Shown piece by piece: positions 49,600 through 61,420 of a stretch of 64,000 nt of DNA (position 1 is the stretch's first letter; every line of letters begins with the position of its first letter). Made by a program: the position numbers and the translations under genes. Location of the stretch: the NCBI RefSeq assembly GCF_036321535.1, contig NC_087436.1:55988001-56052000 (forward strand). Reading direction: 5' to 3'. The notes below the pieces were generated by a model. That model saw only the letters and a list, made by a program, of their open reading frames with translations. It was not told the origin of the DNA and did not search any database. The stretch comes from Camelus dromedarius (lineage: Eukaryota).

Positions 49600-50880
49600 G
49601 TAAAGGTGGAGAGAAAAAGAAAGGCAGTAAGTGAAGAAAGGAACAATAGTGAGTCACAGAAAGAATGAAAACGTAACTTCCAAGTATGTTTTATTAGTTC
49701 ATTCTGACTGGACCAGAGGATTCATATTGGCAAATAATATTCATTGAATCTGGGCCATTAATATGGGGCCAGACTTTCCAGAGCCTAAATGCCAGGTTAA
49801 GGGATTTATCACATGGCATACAGGAGGCTGTTAAAAGTTTTTAATAGAGAAATTGATAATAGTAATAATAATAGCAGCCATCATTTATCAAGCACTTGTC
49901 TTTTTTCCAAGTGCTTTGCTTGTATTAACCCATTTATTTCTCTCAACAACCCTATGTGGTAGGTAGGAAATAAGGCAACAAAATACCAAATAACTTAAAC
50001 AAGATTAGTAACCTCCTGAAAGTTGGGGGTGGCATACATGCACCCCAAGCAGCTTGATTTCAGAATTTTCGCCCTTAAACTCTATTCGATGGTATAAAAA
50101 CAGTGTTGTATAGGGAGATGAAACTGGAATTATATGAAAGATGGATCCAAGTGGAAGTATACTGAAAGAAGCATTGATTGGTCAGCAGATTCTTGCAGTA
50201 AAACCAAATGTGAGATACTAATATGTTTAAGTAATGTGATGGTAGTGGGGATGGAAAGGAAGTGGTGAAGTTCAGAGACCCTAGGAAGAAAACATTAATA
50301 CTGAACATTTTGACTTAATTGATGGCTTCACATTGATCCAGGGAGGTGAAGGGAGTTCCCTGAGTTACAGCTGACTGTGGCATTTTGAGCAAGGTGATGG
50401 GATAGATTATGATACCACTGACAAAACTTAGGAACTCAAACAGAAGAAATAGTTATAGAGGAAATGATGTGTCTGAATTTTAAAGCTCTTTAGTTGGAAA
50501 CCTACTAGAATCATGTGATGGCATATTGGGAGGGAAAAATGGCTACGCACGGAGCACTGGAGTCCATGTAATGATTGAAATCAGGAGAAAGTGAGTGTTT
50601 TCAAGGCTAAGTATGAGATAAGAGCTGAGGTTAGAGAAGGCGGTCTTGGAATCTGCTCACTGTTACAAGTCTGCAGAAGAAGAAAAATCGGAGAAGGAAA
50701 CTAAGAATTTGTAGAAAACAGAAAATGTAATGTTGCAGAGGTGACATAGAAAAAGATATCTTTAAAGGGATGACAACCAATGTTGTTAAGGAGGATGGAA
50801 AGAGAGAGAGAGGAAGAGCTGGAATGAGGGAGGAAGGGTTAAGTCATTTCATTGACTGGTCTGTTTGGCTGTCATTAGAA
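49600..50880 (-). mobile_element. Long degraded L2, interrupted by a MIR (~49860-50075, - strand)
   Basis: Antisense L2 motifs on both sides (ggggccagac...gccaggttaaggga; ataccactgacaaaa). MIR: aataatagcagcc...ctcaacaaccctatgtggtaggt. Confidence 0.6.
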
Positions 50881-53699
50881 AAAACTCCGTCATTCCAGAG
50901 GTACCAGCTGTCAGTTATCTATCCTAATTATCTAATGATGTATCATTGGCTCATTTTCTTTAGTCAGTTTAAATAATCACTTTCCTTGGCATCTGTCAAT
51001 TAATTTGCTCAGTGTGATATTATATTAGAGAAGAAATGAAATTGATTCTTCTTTTGGGGGGATATACTTGATAGTCTCAAATTCATGAGAGTAAAAACTT
51101 TGAAAACTGAAAAATGCAACATTTATTAGGTTTTTAAATAATTAATAAATTCCTACCCTGTACCTCAAAATAAAATTTTAATGATTTTCAGGTAGTGGGA
51201 GTGCAATTTCTAGTCATCAGTGTGTACACCTATATACATATACTGTTTATTATTTATGTCAATCATAAGAAACCTTGCTTATTATATTTATTAATGTACT
51301 TGCACTTAAACTCTAAGAATGAAGGCATTAGAAGACAGTAATAACAGAAGAAATTGAGATGTATCCTGGATATTATTACTGCCATATACATAAGCAAGCA
51401 CTTTATTCTATTTCATTATTATTCTTAGTACAGTACAACTATTAATAAAAACTCAGATTGGGGATGTAGTTCTGATTAATTTTTCTCAGATTTACCATCT
51501 GGGTGGGCCAACAACATGGTCGTTTTGCTAGGTCTTCTTTCCAATTAGCCTTCACTCAACATGCTAGGGTTTTTTTGTTTTTTTTTTTTTGGTGTAAAGT
51601 AACACGTAATATATTATTACATCAAAGACCACTCAAAATAGCAACTTTAAAACGTGTGAGTGATAGGGTAAATTACTACTGAGTATTATGCTTAACGTCA
51701 CAATCACCTAGGGGCAAAAACCGTCCTGCAGTGTTGGTGGTTTGGTGACATATTTTGACTGGAATGTGCTGTACTATTGGGCATCAGTCAAATGTCATAA
51801 TTTATGATAATTACCAAATCTGAGGTAGATAAAAGCAACATTCTAAGTACAAATACTTTCATAGCACTGTTGCTCTGAACTTACTGCCCAAAAATTGAAT
51901 ACCCTGAAACCACCTAGTGATTTTGCTTCTAAATTACTTTTGGTTATTTTCATATAACAGACCGTTTTCTACTTTGTCTACATTTCCTACGAAGGCCATA
52001 AAAATAAATTTAGCCACTTGTTGAGATTAAAATAAATTCATAGTGAAAATAAAAATTAGATGAGTGAAGCAAGTAAATGAAACATGCTTATCATCCTTTT
52101 CTTCTTGCTGGATATTAGAAGAAAGAGTGAAGTCAGCACTTATCCTCGTCTCTGGTAGCACTCCCAGGAAAAAAGCACTTGAGAGTGACTCTTCACCCTT
52201 GAAATGAGTTCAGTTTTGTGTTCTTTGAATCTGTTCTTGGACTTCCTCAGAGACACAGATAAAATCAAAGTTGTGACCTTAATGCTTCCTCTTTGCAGGA
52301 GACATAGTTTCTCACTTCTTGTAGAAACTATGCTATTGCTTTTTCAACATCCCCTGAATTTCAAGTAGAGGAGCAGCAGTCTCACCATTAGATATAAGGT
52401 TATAGAGGCACATTTTCCCCCCAGCACCATAGTAAGGGATGCATTCACTTGGAGATCATTAAAGTTTCTAGAACTCAAATGCAATGTGCCTCTATAACCT
52501 AAATCAGACGTGTTGAGGAAGAATTTTTCCTAATAGTGATCAAACCAATTTGCTTTACTTGCTTAAAATATTATGTCACCTAATGACAGAACAAAAAAAA
52601 AAAGTGTTTATAAAGCATGCTGCATAATTAGGAAGTAAATTCCTAAGATATATGGCTAATACAGCAGGGTTTGAATAGCACCATTTCTAAAGCTGAATCA
52701 TGGTCTTTGATGAGAGTGGGCTGTAACAATGCAGGCTTTGAGAGTCTTGCAAAATCTCAATTAAGTTGCCGAAATGTTTCCACAGTTTATTTTTCTAGGA
52801 TCTTTTCCATGACTGCTTGCTCATAAAGACCTGGTTGTGGAAGGAAATTGGGCAGGAACTCTTGAATTGGCCTCTTGTTTGCCTAGTTCTATTGACCTGT
52901 ACCAGGGTGGTAACACTTTGGGGGCCTTAAGTTGTTCGTCTGCTACTGTTTTTAATCGATAAATTATTCCCTGTTAGTGAATAGTTAAAATCAAGTTCTA
53001 ATATTGGACCAATTGAAGCAGTGAGCAAAATTCTGAAACTGAGGAGTGAATATTTGTTTTGATTCCCTGCTATGTCTAGCATTGTTACTTTCATTTTTTT
53101 TAAGGAGAGTATCAGGAATATTTGGATAAATAAGCTAAGCCTTTGAGTTTTAGACTGCTTGAATTTGAATAATTCAAAAAGATACAGAAGTTGTTTACTG
53201 AAAGGAATTGCAAAAAATAAAATTTAATACTATCAAAAGAAAAGATCATAAAAATTGAGACCACCCCCAAATTTAAACTGACATGACATCATAATACATG
53301 ACATCATAAAGCAAAGAAATTAGTCAATGATTCACATAAGTGAGGGTATTGCACACATATATGCATATATAGTATCTTTGCAAAATACATTTTTTAAAAT
53401 TTTGGCACAGGGTTAATTTTTTTTATTGCCTATTCTAATGTACCAGTGCCTTTTTTTGAAACCACAGGTCAGTTTTGTTACTCGGAGTGTAGACTTGAAG
53501 TAATGTGTGTTTTTCTCCCATTAAAACCTTTTTTCTACTCACTTTTAAATAATAGACGAAATCAGTAATGAAATACTCCCTAAATTATTCAATACCATAG
53601 TCATGATTATAATTCATGCTAGTTTTTTCAAGAATAGTATTAAAAACTTAGGTTCACAGAGATGTGACTCATATAACAAATATATGTTCTTTATACATA

Positions 53700-54130
53700 T
53701 TTGCCACAGGCATGAGGTCAAAAGGAAATGAGAGGTGCCCAAAAGGGACAACTAGGGATTTGAAGATGGGAGGTTAAAGAAATGCTTAAAGTTTGCAGTT
53801 TATTTTGCAGTATATTTAGAACTGAGTGGTGGGTAAATTTGCTCAGAGGGGAATTCTGTTTGCGATAAGAAAGAGGAAGAAGCCCTAGTGTAGAAAGGCA
53901 GAGAAAAATGGAGAATCATTTCCAGGATGTGAGAAGCAGGAAGTGCCATCTTATATTACCAGACATTGAATGTTCATTATTTCATAGAAAATACTGGTGG
54001 GATTTCAAGAACAAGGGTCTTGGCGTTACTGCACAATACGAATGGAGTTGAGATAAAATTGTATATTATAAAACCAGTAGGAAATAAATTTTCAGGATTC
54101 TTAGTGATATGAGATAGTGGTGATTGATTA
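53700..54130 (-). mobile_element. LINE L2 fragment
   Basis: Purine-rich degraded antisense L2-like sequence. Confidence 0.4.
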
Positions 54131-57092
54131 ATGACATTAATTTGAAGTCCCTCTTAGGTTGATATGAAGTGAAAATTAGGGACTGAGGTGAAAGAGAAGA
54201 AAATGCCATAGGTCTGAAACGAAAGTTGCTTTGTTACATTAAAGATCCTAGGGAAAAAATTGCCACTGAGTATAAGCAGAATGAAATGGGAGAGGATAGA
54301 AGCAGTGTTCAAAGTTAAACAACAATAAAGAATTTAGAAGGGAGGAGGGCATGCTGTTTTATGCTTTTTTAAAGAGTCGGTTAGATGATTTTGTATATTC
54401 TGCAAGTGAAAAGGGCAGAATAAATTAAAATAAGTAGTACATAAATCATATGACTACTAGTCTATCATTTTAGTACCTCTTAATAAATTTGCTAAAGTTT
54501 TTATTTCATTTAGTTTCTGTTCTTCAATATGTCTCAGAAGGTTTGTGTCCTCATGGCAGCTAAACAATATTAGAAAAAGGAAACTGAATTTATTGCATTA
54601 AGAGAAGAATTATGCCAAATGACTCTAATAGGCAATACATTACAATAAGAATCAAAATGAATGTCAACCTGTTAATGTTAAGAAAGGGAAAAGCTAGATG
54701 TATTGTCCAATAATTACAAATTTGAAGATAATGGAAGATATATGAATTAAACTTTTTTCCTCAATAGGAAGTTAAGATATGGAATACGTTTGGGGAATAT
54801 TAATAAAGGTCAGAAGAATTTTTTATGAGAAAAGAGGGAATGTAAAACTAGTTAGAATCAAGCATAACATCATTTGAAAAACCTGGGATAGGAGATGTAT
54901 GGGAGTCTTGGCAGGGCAGAAATTTTAGATTCTGTTAATATTTTATAACACTACAATATTCAAAATAACCTGGGCTAAAATTTATGTTTTACCCTAAAAG
55001 GAAGTTATGGGGGATGATTTTACACTTTAGACAATGGAAATGCCTGTTTCCATTGTTAATAATGGTAAAAATGGTGATGGGCACACGCTAACTGCTATCC
55101 ACAGGTGGTCAAGCCCGTGCTGGACACTATGTGTTGTCATGTGGCTGTTCTGTAATTATGTCATCTGTTTGCAGTTATGTATAAGTCAAAAACGTGTTTA
55201 TGTGAAAATTATTTTTGTTAAATTTCTAGCAAGGTTTCTGATCCAAAGTGGTGACTAGGTGATCAGGGCTGAATCAGAACCACAGTATAATAAAACAGCC
55301 AACCAAACTAGGAAAAATTATGTCCATCAGTAAAAGATCAAGTGAAAATGCTCATTAACTTGTGTCAAAACTAGTGAAGTTTGAATACACTACCATGGTA
55401 AGGATTTGAAAACATAAAAAGTATTCTTCAAATTAATGAACCACAATTTTTTAATTAAAAAAAAAGGGCCAGTTCTAAGAACCCTAATTTGTCAACATAA
55501 GAGTAGAATTCATTTGTAATAGTTAGTTGACTTTTTTTTTTTTTATAAACTGAAGGAAATAAATCTCTTTCCTCTTACAGTAGCATTTATCTGTGGCTGC
55601 ATCACCACAGGATTCCAATCAAGAAATAAACATTTCAACATTTCCAACATAAGAGGAAAGGAGCTTTGGTAAACATACATATATTTCAAAAACTGTTTTA
55701 CATGGAAGAGGTCACTCATCACTGTGAAAATATTTTCAAAGGTGGTATCAGATGTGAAATTCAAAACTGCCTCAAAGCTGAATCCTGAAAAAGGAATTAT
55801 AATGGACAAAAGAATCCTTGGTCCTACTCATGCTCCTAGGATTCTGATTTGCCTTTTTAATATTTGTGGAAGTTATTATAGATTAGTATTTTAAAAGGTA
55901 TTTCACTTCAAAATTATTTCAGATATATAGTATCATTTCAGATATATATGTATTAACAAGAGTCAAAGAATTTATTAATTTTAACAACACTGATTGAGAT
56001 TTCTACACTCTTTAGTATGTAATAATAATTTATATTTGATAGGCTGGAAGTGACCTTTCAGCTGTTAAAGGGTTCGTTAAGCTAATTATTAACAAAAAAT
56101 ACATTGTAAAATGGAGATGGTTAGCCTTCTTAGAAAGCAAATGCCTTTCAATTAAATAGTAAAATTGTATGTAAATACCATATTTATAGAATGGTTATTT
56201 ACAATAAAAGCCCTTTATAATGATCTTGTTCTCATAGTTCTGAGCCAGTGAAATATGCCTCCAGCCAGTCCTTTTAAAGGACACAGGCACATACAGAACA
56301 GAGGACTAGCTGCATACAAATCTGTAAGAAGTAAAATCTGATTGTACTATCATCTATTTCAATATTTCAAACACAAAGCACCTCCCAAGAATTAGAGTAA
56401 GCACATTAATTTGTACCTCTGTGTTAAGGCAGAATTAGAATCACATCTCTTTTAATGCCCATGAATATGGTATTTTATCTCTAACCTGAATTACCTAAAT
56501 TCTACAAATACTTATTGACCCATAGGAAATAGTATTATTCTTGGAGTTTATTTGCTGATGGTCATGTAGTTCTATTTGTAAAACCATTAATATTAGAAAG
56601 CTAGAAAATGTGTGTTTCCATGTTATAGCACATGGCTTGCCCAAAGGGAAGAGTATACCGTACTCTTGTTGTAAACCCAATTGAGGTGATTCAATGGGAA
56701 TGAATTTTTCCTCCTTAAATAGCCAGTAAATGAAAATTACTCTCTAGTATTTCAAAGAAGAAAGTGCTAAAAACTATTAGCTAAAAGAGCTTTCTGCCTG
56801 ACTGCATTAATTTCCTATTCATTTCATTAAAGGGAAGGTTTTGATAGGGCTTATAAATTACAGCATGTTCCTAGCAGACTAATAGCTTGAGGAAAAACAT
56901 GTAATGGCTCTCCTTAATCAAAATAAGAGCAAGTTGTTGTTTATCCAGCTGAGGAACCTTGGATCAAGGGTACTCACTTTGTTATTTCTATGCCAAATCA
57001 AAAGTAACCCATAGAAACATCACCAATGAAATAAATATAGAAAGTTAGGAAAAAACACTAACGTGGCTATGATGGACATGTGTTCTTGGAAA

Positions 57093-57230
57093 CTCATTTA
57101 TTCATTAACCAGCTTATGTATGTAGGACTTAATGTGGGCCAGTTATCATGCAATAAGCACTAGGGCTATCATGGTAAGCAGAACACTTATAGTTCCTGTC
57201 CCCATGAAATTTATTGTCTGGGAGGACACT
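57093..57230 (-). mobile_element. LINE L2 3' end
   Basis: tcatttattcattaacc...aagcactagggcta...cctgtccccatgaaattta. Confidence 0.65.
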
Positions 57231-59089
57231 GAGTAGGTAGGATTCAGAAGAATCAGTAGAAGCTCTAACTCCTTTGAAACGGGAGAGCCTTTTGCTAATA
57301 CTCTTTGCGGCCTGGCAAAGTGCTAAGAATGAAGCCAAAATGGAAATTAAATTTATTTTCTATTAAAAAGAAAATATCACAGCACTTCTGTGAACTAGGT
57401 TTTAAGGATTGGCTGCTCCAAAACCAAAATAAATGATATAAACTTTGGTAGTTTATCTTAAGTCTCCGTGTCAGCTGGTTTACAGATCACCTTTAGAGTG
57501 CTTCAGCTGCTAATGAGTCAGACACCAAAGGTGTATTAAGTGTTGGAAGGATGGAGGGATTCATCCTCGTATGCCTTCTGTTTTCTGACATCCAGGCCTG
57601 CACTTAATGGCCTAGGAGGTAGCCAGTTAACCTTTCTGAAACACGGCCCTGTCTGGTCTTGTTAATCACAGTGAATGACTGGCCTTTCACTCCTGTTTTT
57701 TCCTCCCCAGTGTCTTCACCTTTCATAAGTGCACACACATGCCAACTTCCAACTGGACATCGCTGTAAAATCACCTTAGTGGCTCAGCCAAATGTCTGTG
57801 ACTGAGGAGAGGGGGCTTATGGAGTGTGTTTAGTCTCTTTACACGACTGAAAGCAGTTTAGGTTTCCTGTGATTTGATCGCTGGGCTCCTCCCTCTGTCT
57901 CCCCACAACTTCAGTTCTTTGGCCCAGATCAATGTAAGTGAATCAATTAAATGAAAGCTGCCTGTTGACCTCGCCTTCCTGATTGATTGCATGAAAAGAG
58001 CACAGGAGTGAGGTTTCTAGGGAAGAGAACTGTCCTGCCACATGCCCTTGCCACTCCTTTCTGAGATCACTGGGGTTTCCCACAGAGGCGTAGGCTTCTT
58101 GTACAGAAGCAGGACCTGAGAACGCCCAAGTGACCGCAAGGAAGCTGAAAGCCACATCCAGCCTCTCTCCATAGCCTGTGAAAATCATTTATAAAGGGAA
58201 GACAGCGGTAGAGTATTTGTTGGCCTTCAAAACATTCCTGCAGGGAACGGTGGCCAGATCTTCACTTGCCTAAGGGTTTCTTAGGCTGACTTTTTCACCT
58301 CCCCCTGTTGTATCCAGAATATTCCTCCCACCTTGAACTCTAAGAATCACTGGAATTTGTGTCCTTTCAAGTTGGAAATAACACAGTGAGTGGGATTTGA
58401 CCTAGAATAAGGAGGATATTTTGAAACTTTGTGTCTGAAAATATCTTCCTCTTGGGTGCATTTCACCTTGCCCTTGATAAACTTACCTTTCCTTCCATTT
58501 CCATGAGGGGAAAGAGGTTTCAATAGCAAAACACTCTACCAATAGTGAATGCTGTAAAGTTGATTTTTTATCTTCTCTAGGCATAGAGAAGTGTTTTTTT
58601 TTTTAATTTGAAAATGACAGATTTATGGCAGCAAAAAATAGCAAAGTATCAGCAGTTAAAGTTAAAGCCGTTCTGTCTCTTGCCCCACCTGTCTTCATGA
58701 AGTTTTGCATGTCATTTCATATAAATTAACACCAAAGTAAAATATTTTAATGTAAAATCTGAACGTTATAATGATTCATGGCCCCAGAAAAAATTGTATT
58801 TCCCAATCTGAAAATACTTTGGAAGAAATAAAATGATGTAACAGGAGGGGTTTTTTTTAAAAGGTTTTTTTCCCCCAAATATGTAGAGATTGGCTCAAAA
58901 TTTAAGCTACAACCAACCTGTGAAGAAAAAAAATCCTATAATTAAGTGATACTATTAGCTAACACTTGTGTACACATTAAAATTTTTAGAGCACTTTGAC
59001 GATTAGTATCTCATTTAATATTTTTAGAGGAGATAGCGTGCTTTTCTTCTTATGCAATATTTGTCAACTACTCAGGGGAAAATGTTTAA

Positions 59090-59173
59090 TTTTTTTCTTA
59101 TTGACATACAGTCAGTTACAATATGTCAGTTTCTGGTGTACAGCATAATGTCCCAGTCATGCATATGTATACA
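59090..59173 (-). mobile_element. Short L1 3'-end fragment (laurasiatherian type, camelid-like)
   Basis: tttttcttattgacatacagtcagttacaatatgtcagtttctggtgtacagcataatgtcccagtcatgcata is the antisense of an L1 3' terminus with its polyA signal. Confidence 0.7.
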
Positions 59174-59399
59174 TTAAGTACAGCTACTCTTGCCCTACTT
59201 CCCTTATGACTCCCTGAATGATCTTTCTTTTTGCCAAAATATCTACTGTAACATATTTCTGATTTGAGGTTAGAAAATAAGAAATTCAGGGATTATAATA
59301 AGTGTTAGGCAGAATTGTGTGTGGACCTCAATAAAACAATCCAAAAGGAATAAGTATTTAAATCACTGTAATCTAGTTCTACAACATTCAGGGACTTAA

Positions 59400-59610
59400 T
59401 AAGCAATAGCTGCCATTTCTTAGTTCCTTACTGAGTTTCAGCATCTGTGATAGGTGCTTCATAAATTAACAACCTCTGATGTTTAAAAAGTCTGAAAGGT
59501 ATATATTATTATATTCACTTTACAGAGAAGAAAGCAGTCTAGTTAAATGGTAGTGGAGCAATCATCCAAGTCTAAACCCAGGTCCATGAGATTTGAAAGA
59601 TTCTGTCATT
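59400..59610 (-). mobile_element. MIR SINE
   Basis: aatagctgccattt...tattattatattcactttacagagaagaaa. Confidence 0.65.
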
Positions 59611-59619
59611 ATATCTGAT

Positions 59620-59830
59620 TCCTGAATGGAATATTATGTAGCTATTTAAAAGCTTATCAAAAAATTATGTGGGATTATCTGAAAATGCTTATGAGGGAGT
59701 AAATAAAAATGCAGTTCACAATAAAATGCATATTTAAAAAAACTGGGAAAAAACATATGATGACAGTAGTTTTTGTATTATGCTTTTTTTGCTGTGCTTT
59801 CTAAACTTTCCTTAATACTGTTATAATTAT
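59620..59830 (+). mobile_element. Old L1 (L1M-type) 3' fragment
   Basis: aatggaatattatgtagctatttaaaa...aaaatgctta motif. Confidence 0.5.
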
Positions 59831-61189
59831 ATTGGTCATAAATACCTGTTTTTAAATAAGTGAATCCATTGGTTGAATGATAAATAAGTGTGTGGAGAAT
59901 ACTAATCATTATTTGGGTCACCTGTGTGCCTTTTGTACCGTGAATTTACACTTACTACATTAAGTCTTACAGTTTGTTTACACCTGTAGAAAACCATTAG
60001 TGATTTCCACACGAGTGTAGCCGCCAGGATCCAGCATGGCCCAGAGTGTTTACTAAATAAACACCAGGTGAATGATTGTTGAATAAACAAGGGTCTTTCT
60101 TAAAGCTCATTAATAATGCAGATTGTGTAGAATAAGCACAGAATTAATGAATATAATCTCTCATAAATGCCTTACATGTATCAATATAAGTTTATATTTT
60201 AAAATAAGTTTAATAATGTATTTCTTGTTGTAATTGTTTGCAATGCTGTTGTCACTTAGTGCCCGATATTTATGTCACTTGATCAAATTAGAATTCTCCT
60301 GGATATGAATAATGTCTCTGTTTTAAATCTAGAGTGGGCTGAAAGTGATTCTTTTGTTAGTGGCAGACTTCAAAATATTGTAGGTTACAGCTTATAAATG
60401 GACTGAAAATGCGCAGTTTTAAATTTCTTAACTAAAATAAGAACAACCTATAATTATTTCTCATTCTGTATTCTTCAGATATTTAACACACTGCAATGTT
60501 TAGATATGGAACAGTGTAAAAATATAGTCAATAATTTTAATTTCTTATCAGATACAGATATGCCTTTTTCTTGGCCCGTATGGGCCATTCACTAGTTTGA
60601 AAGAGGAAAGAAAAAAGCCCATTAGGCATTTTTGGCTAAATCCTAATTTCTGAGGCTCACTAAATGTCTCCTTTGAAAATCAGGAAAAGCTAAACTATGT
60701 AAATAGTGTGCATAAACTGTCAATACAGAATGCCACTCTGCTAAGTTGATAAGTGAGGATTTATGCGGAAAAATGTACGTATAGAATGGCCAGTGCTGTT
60801 TTTCTTCAGAATAGAAATTTTCAGTTTTCTAGTTGTAGTAGTTTTCCATTTAAAAAAAAAAAAAAAGCCTTTAACATTTCTAGAATTGCTTCTATGTGCA
60901 ATATAAATGGGATAATTAATATATGTAAAACACCTTGAAAAGTGCAAAGTCCTATATAAATGAAAAGTGTTGTGATTAATATTAATATTATGTCTCTGAA
61001 TATTTTCTAATTTCTCCATATGAGTAGAGTGTTGCCTGTAATCTGGATCCTTCATAATGCATTTGAATTTTGGTAAATCCTTAGATTAAAACTTCCAAGT
61101 TTTTGGCCCATTATGTTGTTGCTGCTTTAATCAACAAAGAGATTTCCACCAAATTCATAATTTAAAAATGAAGGTGACTGAGTTGGCCA

Positions 61190-61420
61190 CTAAAAGAATA
61201 TAAGCTTTAGAGTCAGAACTCCTGATTGTTAAGTCCTGCATGTGCCATATCATACATGTCCAAACTTGGGCAGCCATTCAATCCCCTGGAGGCTTAGTTC
61301 CCTGTCTATAGAATATGTCTATGTCCTAATTTACTCACTGATATTGTTGTGAAGGTGCAGAGAGATAGTATATATGAATCTAATGTGATCTTTATGATAA
61401 GTATATATCAATTATTATAT
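61190..61420 (+). mobile_element. MIR SINE
   Basis: gctttagagtcaga...cttgggcagcc...cttagttccctgtctatagaa...gttgtgaagg. Confidence 0.7.
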
